This document shows positions 26,105 to 36,455 of a DNA stretch of 64,000 nt, one piece after another. The notes beneath the pieces were generated by a model. It did not search any database. It worked only from the letters and a program-made list of their open reading frames with translations, and had not been told where the DNA came from. The stretch lies in assembly GCA_964188305.1 (NCBI GenBank), contig OZ076889.1. One strand, written 5' to 3'. Origin of the DNA: Podarcis bocagei (lineage: Eukaryota). Position numbers and translations under genes: made by a program. Every line of letters begins with the position of its first letter. Within the stretch, counting starts at the first letter, position 1.

Positions 26105-27646
26105 CCGTATTTTGCGCCCCATAAGACGCTCCGGCCCATAAGACGCACCTAGTTTTTTGGGGGGGAAATAAAGGGAAAAAATTATTTCCCCCCCAGGCGC
26201 GGGGCTGGGGCAGCCCGAGCTTCCCCCGACCCCAGCCCCCAAACAGGCAGCTCTCTGCAAGCCGTGGGAGCCCAGCGGTGGTTCCCGCTGCTTGAGGAGA
26301 GATCCGCGAAGCCTGCACGTGCTGGGATCAGCGCTTGCAGGCTTCGGGATGCCTGCAACTCTCCCCAAGCAGTGGGAACGTTCCCGCTGCTTGGGGAGAG
26401 ATCCGCGAAGCCTGCGCGTGCTGGGATCAGCGCGCGCAGGCTTCGGGATGCCTGCAACTCTCCCCAAGCAGTGGGAACGTTCCCGCTGCTTGGGGAGAGA
26501 TCCGCGAAGCCTGCGCGTGCTGGGATCAGCGCGCGCAGGCTTCGGGATGCCTGCAACTCTCCCCAAGCAGTGGGAACGTTCCCGCTGCTTGGGGAGAGAT
26601 CCGCGAAGCCTGCGCGTGCTGGGATCAGCGCGCGCAGGCTTCGGGATGCCGGCAACTCTCCCCAAGCAGTGGGAACGTTCCCGCTGCTTGGGGAGAGATC
26701 CGCGAAGCCTGCGCGTGCTGGGATCAGCGCGCGCAGGCTTCGGGATGCCTGCAACTCTCCCCAAGCAGTGGGAACGTTCCCGCTGCTTGGGGAGAGATCC
26801 GCGAAGCCTGCGCGTGCTGGGATCAGCGCGCGCAGGCTTCGGGATGCCGGCAACTCTCCCCAAGCAGTGGGAACGTTCCCGCTGCTTGGGGAGAGATCCG
26901 CGAAGCCTGCGCGTGCTGGGATCAGCGCTTGCAGGCTTCAGGATGCCTGCAACTCTCCCCAAGCAGTGGGAACGTTCCCGCTGCTTGGGGAGAGATCCGC
27001 GAAGCCTGCACGTGCTGGGATCAGCGCTTGCAGGCTTCGGGATGCCTGCAACTCTCCCCAAGCAGTGGGAACGTTCCCGCTGCTTGGGGAGAGATCCGCG
27101 AAGCCTGCACGTGCTGGGATCAGCGCTTGCAGGCTTCGGGATGCCTGCAACTCTCCCCAAGCAGTGGGAACGTTCCCGCTGCTTGGGGAGAGATCCGCGA
27201 AGCCTGCACGTGCTGGGATCAGCGCTTGCAGGCTTCGGGATGCCTGCAACTCTCCCCAAGCAGTGGGAACGTTCCCGCTGCTTGGGGGGAGATCCGCGAA
27301 GCCTGCACGTGCTGGGATCAGCGCTTGCAGGCTTCGGGATGCCGGCAACTCTCCCCAAGCAGTGGGAACGTTCCCGCTGCTTGGGGAGAAGTCCGCGAAG
27401 CCTGCACGTGCTGGGATCAGCGCTTGCAGGCTTCGGGATGCCGGCAACTCTCCCCAAGCAGTGGGAACGTTCCCGCTGCTTGAGGAGAGGTCCGCGAAGC
27501 CTGGAGAGCGAGAGGGGTCGGTGCGCACCTACCGCTCTCGCTCTCCAGGCTTCAGCGAAAGCCTGCATTCGCCCCATAAGACGCACCCACATTTCCCCTT
27601 CATTTTTGGAGGGGAAAAAGTGCGTCTTATAGGGCGAAAAATACGG
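26105..27646. mobile_element. Tc2/pogo-like non-autonomous DNA transposon carrying a tandem hairpin array
   Basis: TIRs ccgtattttgcgccccataagacgc / gcgtcttatagggcgaaaaatacgg flanked by TA; internal ataagacgcac sub-terminal repeats. Confidence 0.92.
26281..27503. repeat. Minisatellite: 12 full 99-bp palindromic units plus a partial 13th
   Basis: Units start at 26281, 26380, 26479 ... 27370, 27469. Unit: gttcccgctgcttggggagagatccgcgaagcctgcacgtgctgggatcagcgcttgcaggcttcgggatgcctgcaactctccccaagcagtgggaac. Confidence 0.97.
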
Positions 27647-27650
27647 TATA

Positions 27651-27981
27651 TTAGCCATGTTCAAATATATAAAAGGATGTCACATAGAGGAGGGAGAAAG
27701 GTTGTTTTCGGCTGCTCCAGAGAAGCGGACACGGAGCAATGGATTCAAACTACAAGAAAGAAGATTCCACCTAAACATTAGGAAGAACTTCCTGACAGTA
27801 AGAGCTGTTCGACAGTGGAATTTGCTGCCAAGGAGTGTGGTGGAGTCTCCTTCTTTGGAGGTCTTTAAGCAGAGGCTTGACAACCATATGTCAGGAGTGC
27901 TCTGATGGTGTTTCCTGCTTGGCAGGGGGTTGGACTCGATGGCCCTTGTGGTCTCTTCCAACTCCTATGATTCTATGATTC
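27651..27981 (+). mobile_element. Young 5'-truncated CR1 LINE
   Basis: ORF 27657-27905 (FKYIKG...RTRSNGFKLQERRFHLNIRKNFLTVRAVRQWNLLPRSVVESPSLEVFKQRLD) is the CR1 ORF2 C-terminus; ends in an (ATTCTATG)n tail. Confidence 0.92.
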
Positions 27982-28049
27982 TAAGATGCCCCAGAGAGTG
28001 ACCATGCAGCAGTATTTTGTCCTATCTGCAGCTTCCCAATCAAATGCAA

Positions 28050-28385
28050 GTGCAGACAAAAGATGGTATTTCTTCACACAGTGTATTGTTAAACTGCGGA
28101 GTTTGCTCCCACAGGAGACAGTGAGAGCCACCAACTTGGATGACTTTAATAGAAGATTAGACAATTTCACGGAGGATCAGGCTATCAGTGCTTTCTAGCC
28201 ATGATGGCTATGCTGCCTTCACAGTCATAGGTAGTGTGCTTCTGAATGCCACTGGCTGGAGACCACAGGAGGGGAACATGCTATTGTCCTCTAGTCCTGC
28301 TTGCAGGCTTCCCATTGGCCACTGTGAGAAGAAGATACTGGACTAGATGGGCCATTGGCCTGACCCAAGAAGCTCTTATTTTCTC
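28050..28385 (+). mobile_element. Old CR1 3' fragment
   Basis: DKRWYFFTQCIVKLRSLLPQETVRATNLDDFNRRLDNF peptide plus 3' UTR similar to 7900-8250. Confidence 0.75.
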
Positions 28386-28389
28386 AAGG

Positions 28390-29190
28390 GCAGCCTCATG
28401 TAAAGTGCATTAAAGTAATCCAGTCTAGAGGTTACCACTACATGGATCACTGTTGCCTAGCTAGCCCTGTCCAGGAACAGTTGTAGCTAGCATACCAGCT
28501 AGAGTCCTAGTGACTAAAGACACTTGAGCCTTCAGTGACAATGCTGGATCTAGGATTCCCCCCAAATTACACACCTATTCTTTCAGGGGGGAGTGCAATC
28601 CCATTCAGAGCAAGGAACTGACCAATTTCCCAGACCTGGAAACTACTTGCCCACGTGGCCTCTTGTCTTTCTTGGATTTAATTTCAGTTTATTGGCTCTC
28701 ATCCAGACAATTATTATTGAGACCAGGGATTAGTTTGTGACTTGCACGGCACCTCCTGATTCAGATGCTACAGACACAGATCTATGTGTCATCCTTGTAC
28801 TAATGAAGCATAGGGGACAAAATAGTGCCCTGTGGCACCCTGCAAAACAACTCCCAGCAGGCCAAAGGGCAATTGCCCATGCCCTGGAATCAGTCCTGTA
28901 GGTAGGAGCAACAGAGCCAGTGTAACACAGTATTCTGCACTCCCATCTCACAGAGCCAATCCAGTAGAATACTGTGGTCAATGGTATCAAAGGTCACTGA
29001 GAGATCAACAGGGTCACCCCCCCCCATCTCTCTCCCTGTATATATGTACAGGCCTGAATTCAGATTGAAATGGATCTAGAAAATCAGTCTCATCCAAGAG
29101 TGCCTGCAGCTATGCCCTGACCACCCTCTATGATACCTTTCCCCAGAAAAGGTGTATCAGCAACAGGGTGGCAATTGTGAAGAACCCCAA
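28390..29190 (-). mobile_element. Decayed L2 LINE (RT region), continuing ~25780-26095
   Basis: Minus-strand remnants of the SRLDY and G(V)PQG motifs (gtaatccagtctagaggttacc; ccctgtggcacc; aatggtatcaaagg). Confidence 0.6.
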
Positions 29191-29707
29191 AAGGGCATTT
29201 CACCATAGATATTATGAATGGTTAAAAAGGAAAACCACTCAAAGAGGAATGAAATTAATGCTGTATTTATGTTTGACAATAAAATGTTTGGAATCTGGCC
29301 CATACTTCTAGTATGTGCAGGCGAATACCTGTAGATGCTTTGTTTTCGTTATCAAATCCACTCAAATATCTCTTGCATCAAATTTCTAGTTATTCCCATC
29401 CTCCCCCACAATTTACCCCAGGACAATAAGATTATCATCATAATTAAATATTTGCATATTACTATTTGCCTGGCTCAGGAAGCAGGATCGCTTTCCAGCT
29501 CATGCTCTTAGTCAGAAAATAACCAACTTAATTTGTTTTGTTTTACCATCACAGCTCTTTTAATAAGAAAAATACCACCATGGTTCCCTCCACAACCCCT
29601 TTGAGGTTCTGATCCAACTAAAACGAGTCACTTCTAAAATCCAATGAGAACATTTAAACTAAGTTTTCCCCAACTAAATTTTCCCATTGTTTCGAATGGG
29701 ACATGCA

Positions 29708-29794
29708 GCACAATCCTGCACATGTTTACTCAAAAGTAAGTTCCATTGTGTTTAGTGGGCCTTACTCCTAGGTAAGTATGTATAGGATTGCAGT
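29708..29794. mobile_element. Short palindromic squamate MITE (related copies at ~3425, 22835, 44845, 46190, 57105)
   Basis: gcacaatcct...catgtttactc..aagtaag..ccattg...tggg.cttactcc.aggtaagtatgtataggattgca is an imperfect inverted repeat that recurs through the window. Confidence 0.65.
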
Positions 29795-30781
29795 CTTAGT
29801 CACTTGCAGACTTACTCAGAAGCCCCACGGTGCTCAGTTTCATCAAATATGAGTTAATCGTAAACTCATATTTGTATAGAACTTTCAAGTGCAACCCAAA
29901 ATGGTACATACCCTCTGCCTACCTGTCCTTTGTTCTCTGCCATGTCGGCTATTTATATTTAGCTGCTGATCCAGTATGAAACTCAGCACCTCTCAGGAAT
30001 GGCAAGAACTTGCTGAATTCCTCCATCACCAATCTCTGATGATAGATTTGGGTTTTCTTTACAATATAAGATACTTCAGCTCATACAGAGTAAGAACAGA
30101 AGAGCCCTCCTGGATCATTGTGAATAGAAAAGTTTTTGCTGTGCCCAGTTAATTGATGAATCAGCAGGTATATTGCCATCCATCTGTCTGCAGACTGCCA
30201 GCAAGTGATCTACAAACAGTTTGTTGAGTTGTGAAACACATTTGTTCATCGCAAGCATTGGCAGACAAGCTTGACATCACTGATTATCAGAATGACACTT
30301 AAATGCTTTTTTTAAAAAAATAAAAACTACTATAGAAGTATGAGTACTACAACACACTATGTTTTAGCTGCCTTTGAAAAGTGATTGAAAACTGCAACTG
30401 TCCTAGAATGTGGCCGCCAAGTTAATAAATGAACCTGGCCACTTACCAGCAATACTAGCTGAAGGTTAGTTTCTAGTAGGAGTATGCATCAGACCCAGAC
30501 AAGCCCTGAATCCCAAATTGAAGTGGGACATTTTAGACAGATTTGAGGCTTGGCCAAAGCAGGGTCTCTCTGAAGTGCCCCAACTGAAGCAGAGCTCTAC
30601 AAAGTAGTTCAGGACCATTTGACTTTAGGGACCTTTAAAAAACTGTGAAGATAGGCTTAACTTTTTGCAGACACACTTTCATCCTGTGAAAGTAGGGGTG
30701 ACTTTTATGCCAGGCTGGAGGGACGGGAGTTGGATAACTCTTTTGTGATTGACAGCTTCTAATCAGAGGGAATGGTTGTAC

Positions 30782-31462
30782 TGTTGTAAATAAAAATATG
30801 CCCTTTTCCCTTATGGGGTATCCAAGAGCCCATATAGAGTCCTTACATAGGTTCTCTATTGGTAGGAGAAAATAACAGAGGCCAACCAGAGAATATTGAG
30901 AAGCAAAGCAGCTAGTAAGCCTGATCTTTATTAATCTGTTGCAACAGGGTACTCCCCTCACACGCAGGAGAGGAAGAGGACCCCAAAAAATGCTGTGCAA
31001 TGGCTTATAAAGACTTTTGAAATTCCCATCCTCTGGATCAAGACCACCCCCAGAAACATTATGCATACATCACAGAAGGGGTGTAACCTAAGACCACCCC
31101 TCAGATACATCTCACCTACATCACAGAAATTTTAATGTTGTTTTTCTCCTGTCACAGTTTATCTCCTGTCTGGCAAGTTACTTGATTGGATTTCCTGGGG
31201 AGCCTGGCCATTCTTTTGTAGTGGTAAAATACTTATTTCCTGGGCCAGGTCACAGGCTCACACCTTATTCAAACAGACATATCCTTGAGACAGGATTTGT
31301 GAGGAAAGACAATGGGGAGGCTTTTCCAGTTTAACCTTGCAGAGAAAGGATTTGGTCAGTTTAGGAATCAAAATGGTTCCAGGTTTGTCTTTCCTGTGCT
31401 GATCTATGTACGTGTGGTTATGAACGTTGCCATATATCTAAAACCATAAAATTCCTATCACA
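30782..31462 (-). mobile_element. Solo LTR (681 bp), antisense to NGF
   Basis: TG...CA termini; 4-bp TSD GTAC (30778-30781, 31463-31466); on the minus strand, internal direct repeats (aagaccacccc..aga..cat), then TATAA (~31006), then AATAAA (~30927). Confidence 0.88.
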
Positions 31463-31509
31463 GTACCAAGTCTCTTCCACCAGTATTTTGGCACAGTAAT
31501 ATATCACCA

Positions 31510-31750
31510 TGTTCTTTTTCCCAGGCTGATGAGGAACCATTAATGAGTACTTTTTGGGTTTGGTCAGTCAACCAGCTACAAAGCCACCTAAGAGTTACCT
31601 TGTTCAACCCACATTTTACTAACTTCCTCGCAATAATATGCTGGGGGACATTGTCAAGAGGCTTACTGAAATCAAGAGGCTTACTGAAATCAAAAGGCTT
31701 ACTGAAATCCACAGCATTTCCATGATCCACCAAGTTTGTAATTCCATCAG
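31510..31750 (-). mobile_element. CR1 RT fragment with triplicated 18-bp DFSK motif
   Basis: ORF 31458-31733: VDHGNAVDFSKPFDFSKPLDFSKPLDNVP...KLVKCGL...RWLCSWLTDQTQKVLING, the CR1 RT 'DFSKAFD' region. Confidence 0.8.
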
Positions 31751-33653
31751 AATATAACTCAGAGTGGACTGACCTGGAACAGTAGCCACAGAATGTTGAC
31801 TATCAGTTGGGAAACAGAAGTGGAGGGCAGGGATAGGAGTATCCCATATGTAAGTGTGTGACTGACTAGAATCCTGAAAAGGAGTTCTCAGTACTGCATT
31901 GATTTGTTACAGGGTTCTATTTGTGTAGTTGTGATACTCTTTCTTGCATTACATATGGCATCATATCAGCATGTGAGGTATTTCCTACATGTTTAATTGT
32001 GGTCTGTCTAGATAAACTGCATACTTTACATCAAAGCACGAAACCATGTAAAAGTAAAGCTGTTACTATACAGAGGGAAGCAAAAAAAAAAAAAGATTAT
32101 TTAATTATGCATCAGCTTCCTTCAGCCTAAATGCCTGGAGCAAAGTAAGTGAATCATACATATCACTTTTGCTCTGCTGGCAGCACATTTGATGTGATAT
32201 CTTAGAGTCACTTTGCATTGAGCAAAAGTGGGAGTTCCCTCTGCTCAGCAGAAAGTGTTAGCTATAAAACTTTGGAGTAATATAATTTGGAGTCTATTGC
32301 TTTTATTTATTTCATTCCTGGTTACGCCAGATAGCAACTTGTCCTTGCTATGATATTATTGATAGGAATGGGAGCATGTATCTGCCTTAAAATAGAGTAA
32401 GTAAATTGTGTAATATGTAAACCTGGCTACCATGATCAAAGACAACAAGGGATAGTACACAACTGTATCCACAAATAAAGTGGACTTTTATTTATGCATC
32501 TCCCAGATATTTGCCAGAAAGTTGGCGGGCCCTCTGGAGTAGATTGGAGGGCACGAGGATTCCATGGAGGAATCATGTCTGCTCACATGACATTGGATAT
32601 CACCTATGGGTTTCCAAGAAGCATACCAGCATGTTTTGAGAAATCAGAAAGCAGAGCTATATCATATTGTTTCTATCTGTGGTCATAGGCTTGTCACAGT
32701 AACCCTAAGTGGTCTCTTGACATAGAACTGAAAACCTTTCCTTAGCTTATTTCAATTTTGGTCTGTGACTTTTGTAGTTATTTATGTTCTCAGGGACATA
32801 AGATGGACACAGGAAATGATGGACAGATACGGATTGGAGATATAGTTATTCTTGATTCTCTGGAATATGTGGGTGGCTTTTGTTACCATTCACCATGGCA
32901 TCCTTCTGAGCTATCTTGTCTGCATTGGACTGTGAAGTCCTGTGTTTCAGTGGCTCTGGTCCTTTTTGTCTGGTTGGTCTCAGAAAGGGATGCTGTTTCC
33001 CATAAACATTGGCATGTGGACCCCCACAGTGATCCATCTTCTCCCCCTGTGCTACATGTGCTATTCAACATGTACATGAAATTGCTGCATGAAGTTAGAG
33101 CTTTGGGAGGTTGATGATACGTGTCTCTATCTCTCTTCTCCATTTGATCAGAGGGAATGGGCAGGTTAGGTCCTAAAGCAGAGCTGGAACACAGTGATGG
33201 GCTAGCTGAATCTGAATCCAGAGAAGATGGAAGAATTGTTGCTTAGAGTTTCTGTTGATCCAGGGATAATTGCACAGACGGTGGCTATGTACACACAACA
33301 TTTTGTTCCAGAACTGATGGAGACTGAATACTTTTTTTTCCTTTGTAGTCCACAAAAAATCTAGATCTATTGCATATGTTTCCATTGAAATGTGCTTATT
33401 GAGAAACTGGTTTCATTTAGAAAATAAAAGCTCATTGCAGATTCATTCTGTATTACCCTACAGTGTGCCCATTTGAAAACAGATAGAGATACTCATGTCT
33501 AATGATGTTATGGGTGGCCTTTTACCAAGATCACAATCACCACTTCCTACTTCATTCACTTGGGGCATATGCAGGGAGGAAAAGATGTGGATAACCTAAT
33601 CAAAGAGAGGGTTTTCAAACACATATCAAATAACCATTCCGATCCTTATAGAT

Positions 33654-35061
33654 CAGGGGTGTCAAACTCAAATTCATCGGGGGCCACATCAACAGTTTGG
33701 TCCCCCTCAAAGGGCCGGTTGTATCTGTAGGACTTTATCAGAGTTATTTTTCCTTAGGCACTGGTGTGTGTTGTCTTGAACCTATACACTATTTAATATA
33801 CCTATTCCAGTACGATTTTAAATAAGAATAGAAGAAGAAATAATAATGATTTTTTAAAAAGATGACGAGATGGGCTTCCAGGCAGACTGGAGCTCCAACG
33901 GGAAGGAGACAGGAGCCTGTCCCAACAGAGCAGAGCAGAAGCAAATGTTGCCTCCCCCCGCCCTGCCGCCGCACTCAGGAGTCGGAGGATACGGAGCTGC
34001 AGTTTGGGTAGCAGCAGTTTCTTCCTTGCAAGGGAGCCCCAGCGGCACCGCGAGCGCAGGTGGCCAGGATGTCCTGCTGGGGCCCCGAGCTGCTGCAGTT
34101 GCTCCCGGGGAGGGGGCTATCTGCCAAGTCCTCCGGCCCAGAGAAAGCCGATGTGTTGGCGTGGGGAGGGGGGCGGTGTTTCGTAGCCAGGCTCCCGCAG
34201 CCAAGTTGCTGGCAGGCTCCCACTTTGCTCCAGCTGCCCAGATGCTGGCGCGGTCCTCTTCGGGGTGGGAGGCGCCCCTGCTTTGCGGTGTGGCACACCG
34301 CCCGCCCGCCTCCCTCCACCCCACTCTGCGCAGCTGAACTGGCAGCAGCTTCGCCTCTTCCAGCCCAGCAGGGGCGCGCCGCCTGTGGCAAGACCTGCGC
34401 TGGGTCCCCGCTCTCCACTCGCCTCCGCCGTTCCCTTCCCCGCCTGCCGGCCCCGCTACTTATCCACCAGGGCGACCCCCAGCCAGCCCCTGGCCCCGCC
34501 GTCCGCGCCCCCAGCCATCTCCTCGCCAGCTGCAGTGCCGCAGTGGCCTCTTCTTGCGGCCCGAGCGAGTGAGCGAGCGGCGTCCCAAGCGTGGCTCTCG
34601 CTCCCTGCCCTCGCGGCTCCCTCGCGCTCCAAAAGTTGCCGCGCGCGCAACCCGCCCCCTCAAGCAGCCGTGCCTGGGAGGCTTCGAGGGGCGGAGGCAG
34701 CCGGCTCCGAGCTCAGCTTCGCGGGACCGCCTCCGCCGCAGCGAGCCCCGGACTGGACCGAGCGAGCAGAAAGCCTCTTTGCCCGGCCCGCGAGGCAGGC
34801 GAAAGTTGTGGGACTGGCCGGTAGGCAGCGCCGACGGGGCGCTTCGGTTGGAGCCCTGTCTGCAAGCAGGCAGGGAAGGCTGTTTGCGTGGGTCACTTTT
34901 TAGAAAGGCAGAGAGCCTCCGCCGGAGTGCGGACCCTAAAATCTGGGTCGGGACCAGTAAAAAGGATGAGAAGCTCGCTTCCTCGCCCTTGATGCCACGG
35001 GCCACATGACGAGGTCTGGCGGGCCGGATTTGGCCCGCGGGCCTTGTGTTTGACACCCGTG
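33654..35061. mobile_element. Non-autonomous hAT element (1.4 kb) with CpG-island-like interior
   Basis: TIRs caggggtgtcaaac / gtttgacacccgtg; sub-terminal gggccg boxes; perfect 8-bp TSD TTATAGAT (33646-33653, 35062-35069). Confidence 0.92.
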
Positions 35062-35130
35062 TTATAGATGGTAGGGTCTAGAATCAGTATAGATTGAAAG
35101 TAGTACGTTGAGAACAAACCATAGTCTGTC

Positions 35131-36455
35131 AAACCAGTTGCACTGACTCCAATCATCATGAAGTGTTTTGAGAAACTGGTGCGCCGTCACATTATTTCCT
35201 GTCTTCCATCAACTTTTGACAACTACCAGTTTGCATACAGAGCAAATAGATCCACAGAAGACGCCATCAATACCACTCTCCATGCTGCTCTGTCCCATCT
35301 GGAGCAGCCGGGGAGTTATGTGAGGCTGCTGTTTGTGGATTTTAGCTCTGCTTTTAACACTATCCTCCCCCATAGACTGGTGTCCAAGCTAGAGGCGATT
35401 GGACTCTCCAACTCCACCTGTCTCTGGGTTTTGGATTTTTTGTCAGAACGTTCTCAGAGGGTTAGAGTAGGGTCACACATGTCCACAGCCCTTAGCCTTA
35501 ACACCGGCTCACCACAGGGTTGTGTGTTGAGTCCCCTGCTCTACACTCTCTATACGTATGACTGTACAGCCTTCTATTCCAGCAACAAAATCATCAAGTT
35601 TGCTGATGACACTACGGTGGTGGGGCTCATTTCAGGAGGGGATGAGTCCGCCTATCGGGACGAGGTGGAGCGGCTCTGTGTTTGGTGTGGAGAGAACAAT
35701 CTGGCTCTTAATACGGCTAAGACCAAGGAATTGGTGGTGGATTACAGGGGAAAAAAGGCGGACATTCAGCCCTTGTATATCAACGGGGAACGGGTGGAGA
35801 GGGTGGCGGAATTCAGGTTTTTGGGAGTAGCTATCGATCAGGGCATGACTTGGAGCGCACATACCACTGCTCTGGTGAAGAAGGCCCAGCAGAGAATTTA
35901 TTTCCTCAGACTTTTAAAGAAGAACAATCTGAGTGAGAGACTGCTGGTGTGCTTCTACCGAGGCTCCATAGAGAGCATTCTTACATACTGTATTTGTGCT
36001 TGGTTCTCCGGTTGTACAGCTAGGAAGAGGAAGGTGCTCCAGAAGGTCATAACCACAGCCCAAAGGATTATTGGTCATCCTCTCCCATCTTTGGAAGAAC
36101 TGTACGGTTCCCGTTGTCTTAGGAAGGCAAATAACATCCTGCAGGATTCATCTCACCCGGGACACGGTCTGTTTGCACTACTGCCTTCTGGCAGGAGATA
36201 TAGAAACATCAAGTCAAAGACAAATAGACTGAAAAACAGTTTCTATCCAAGAGCTGTGGCCTTTTTGAATGCTGTAACTCGATAGTGTGACCTGGGAGTT
36301 TGATGGGTGTGGTGTGGGTGTGGCTGGAATGTGGTTTGTTTGGTTGTTGTTGTTGTTTTGCTTTTGATGTTTTAAGGGATGGCATCCAATTTCGTTGCAC
36401 TTTGTACAATGTTGCACTTGTGTAATGACAATAAAGAATCTATTCTATTCTATTC
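35131..36455 (+). mobile_element. 5'-truncated Rex1/Babar non-LTR retrotransposon
   Basis: Begins at KPVALTPII-MKCFE; short 3' UTR, AATAAA (36430-36435) and (TCTAT)n tail. Confidence 0.88.
35158..36285 (+). CDS. Reverse transcriptase ORF (375 aa) of the Rex1/Babar element, endonuclease absent
   Basis: QFAYRANRSTEDAI, LFVDFSSAFNTI, GSPQGCVLSPLLY, KFADDTT, FRFLGV, KKAQQRIYFLR, HPGH.LF.LLPSGRRY, RLKNSFYPRA; no stops. Confidence 0.85.
   Translation: MKCFEKLVRRHIISCLPSTFDNYQFAYRANRSTEDAINTTLHAALSHLEQPGSYVRLLFVDFSSAFNTILPHRLVSKLEAIGLSNSTCLWVLDFLSERSQRVRVGSHMSTALSLNTGSPQGCVLSPLLYTLYTYDCTAFYSSNKIIKFADDTTVVGLISGGDESAYRDEVERLCVWCGENNLALNTAKTKELVVDYRGKKADIQPLYINGERVERVAEFRFLGVAIDQGMTWSAHTTALVKKAQQRIYFLRLLKKNNLSERLLVCFYRGSIESILTYCICAWFSGCTARKRKVLQKVITTAQRIIGHPLPSLEELYGSRCLRKANNILQDSSHPGHGLFALLPSGRRYRNIKSKTNRLKNSFYPRAVAFLNAVTR

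Noticed and set aside
26281-27503. CRISPR-like appearance (regular palindromic repeats)
   Set aside because: There are no unique spacers: whole units repeat head to tail. The context is eukaryotic, there are no cas genes, and the array lies inside MITE TIRs.
26033-27781. 543-, 505-, 446- and 382-aa ORFs as real proteins
   Set aside because: They are translations of a stop-poor 99-bp tandem repeat in several frames at once, with no recognisable domain.
33789-35159. Many 60-210-aa ORFs on both strands
   Set aside because: GC-rich interior of a non-autonomous hAT; no transposase or host domain recognised.
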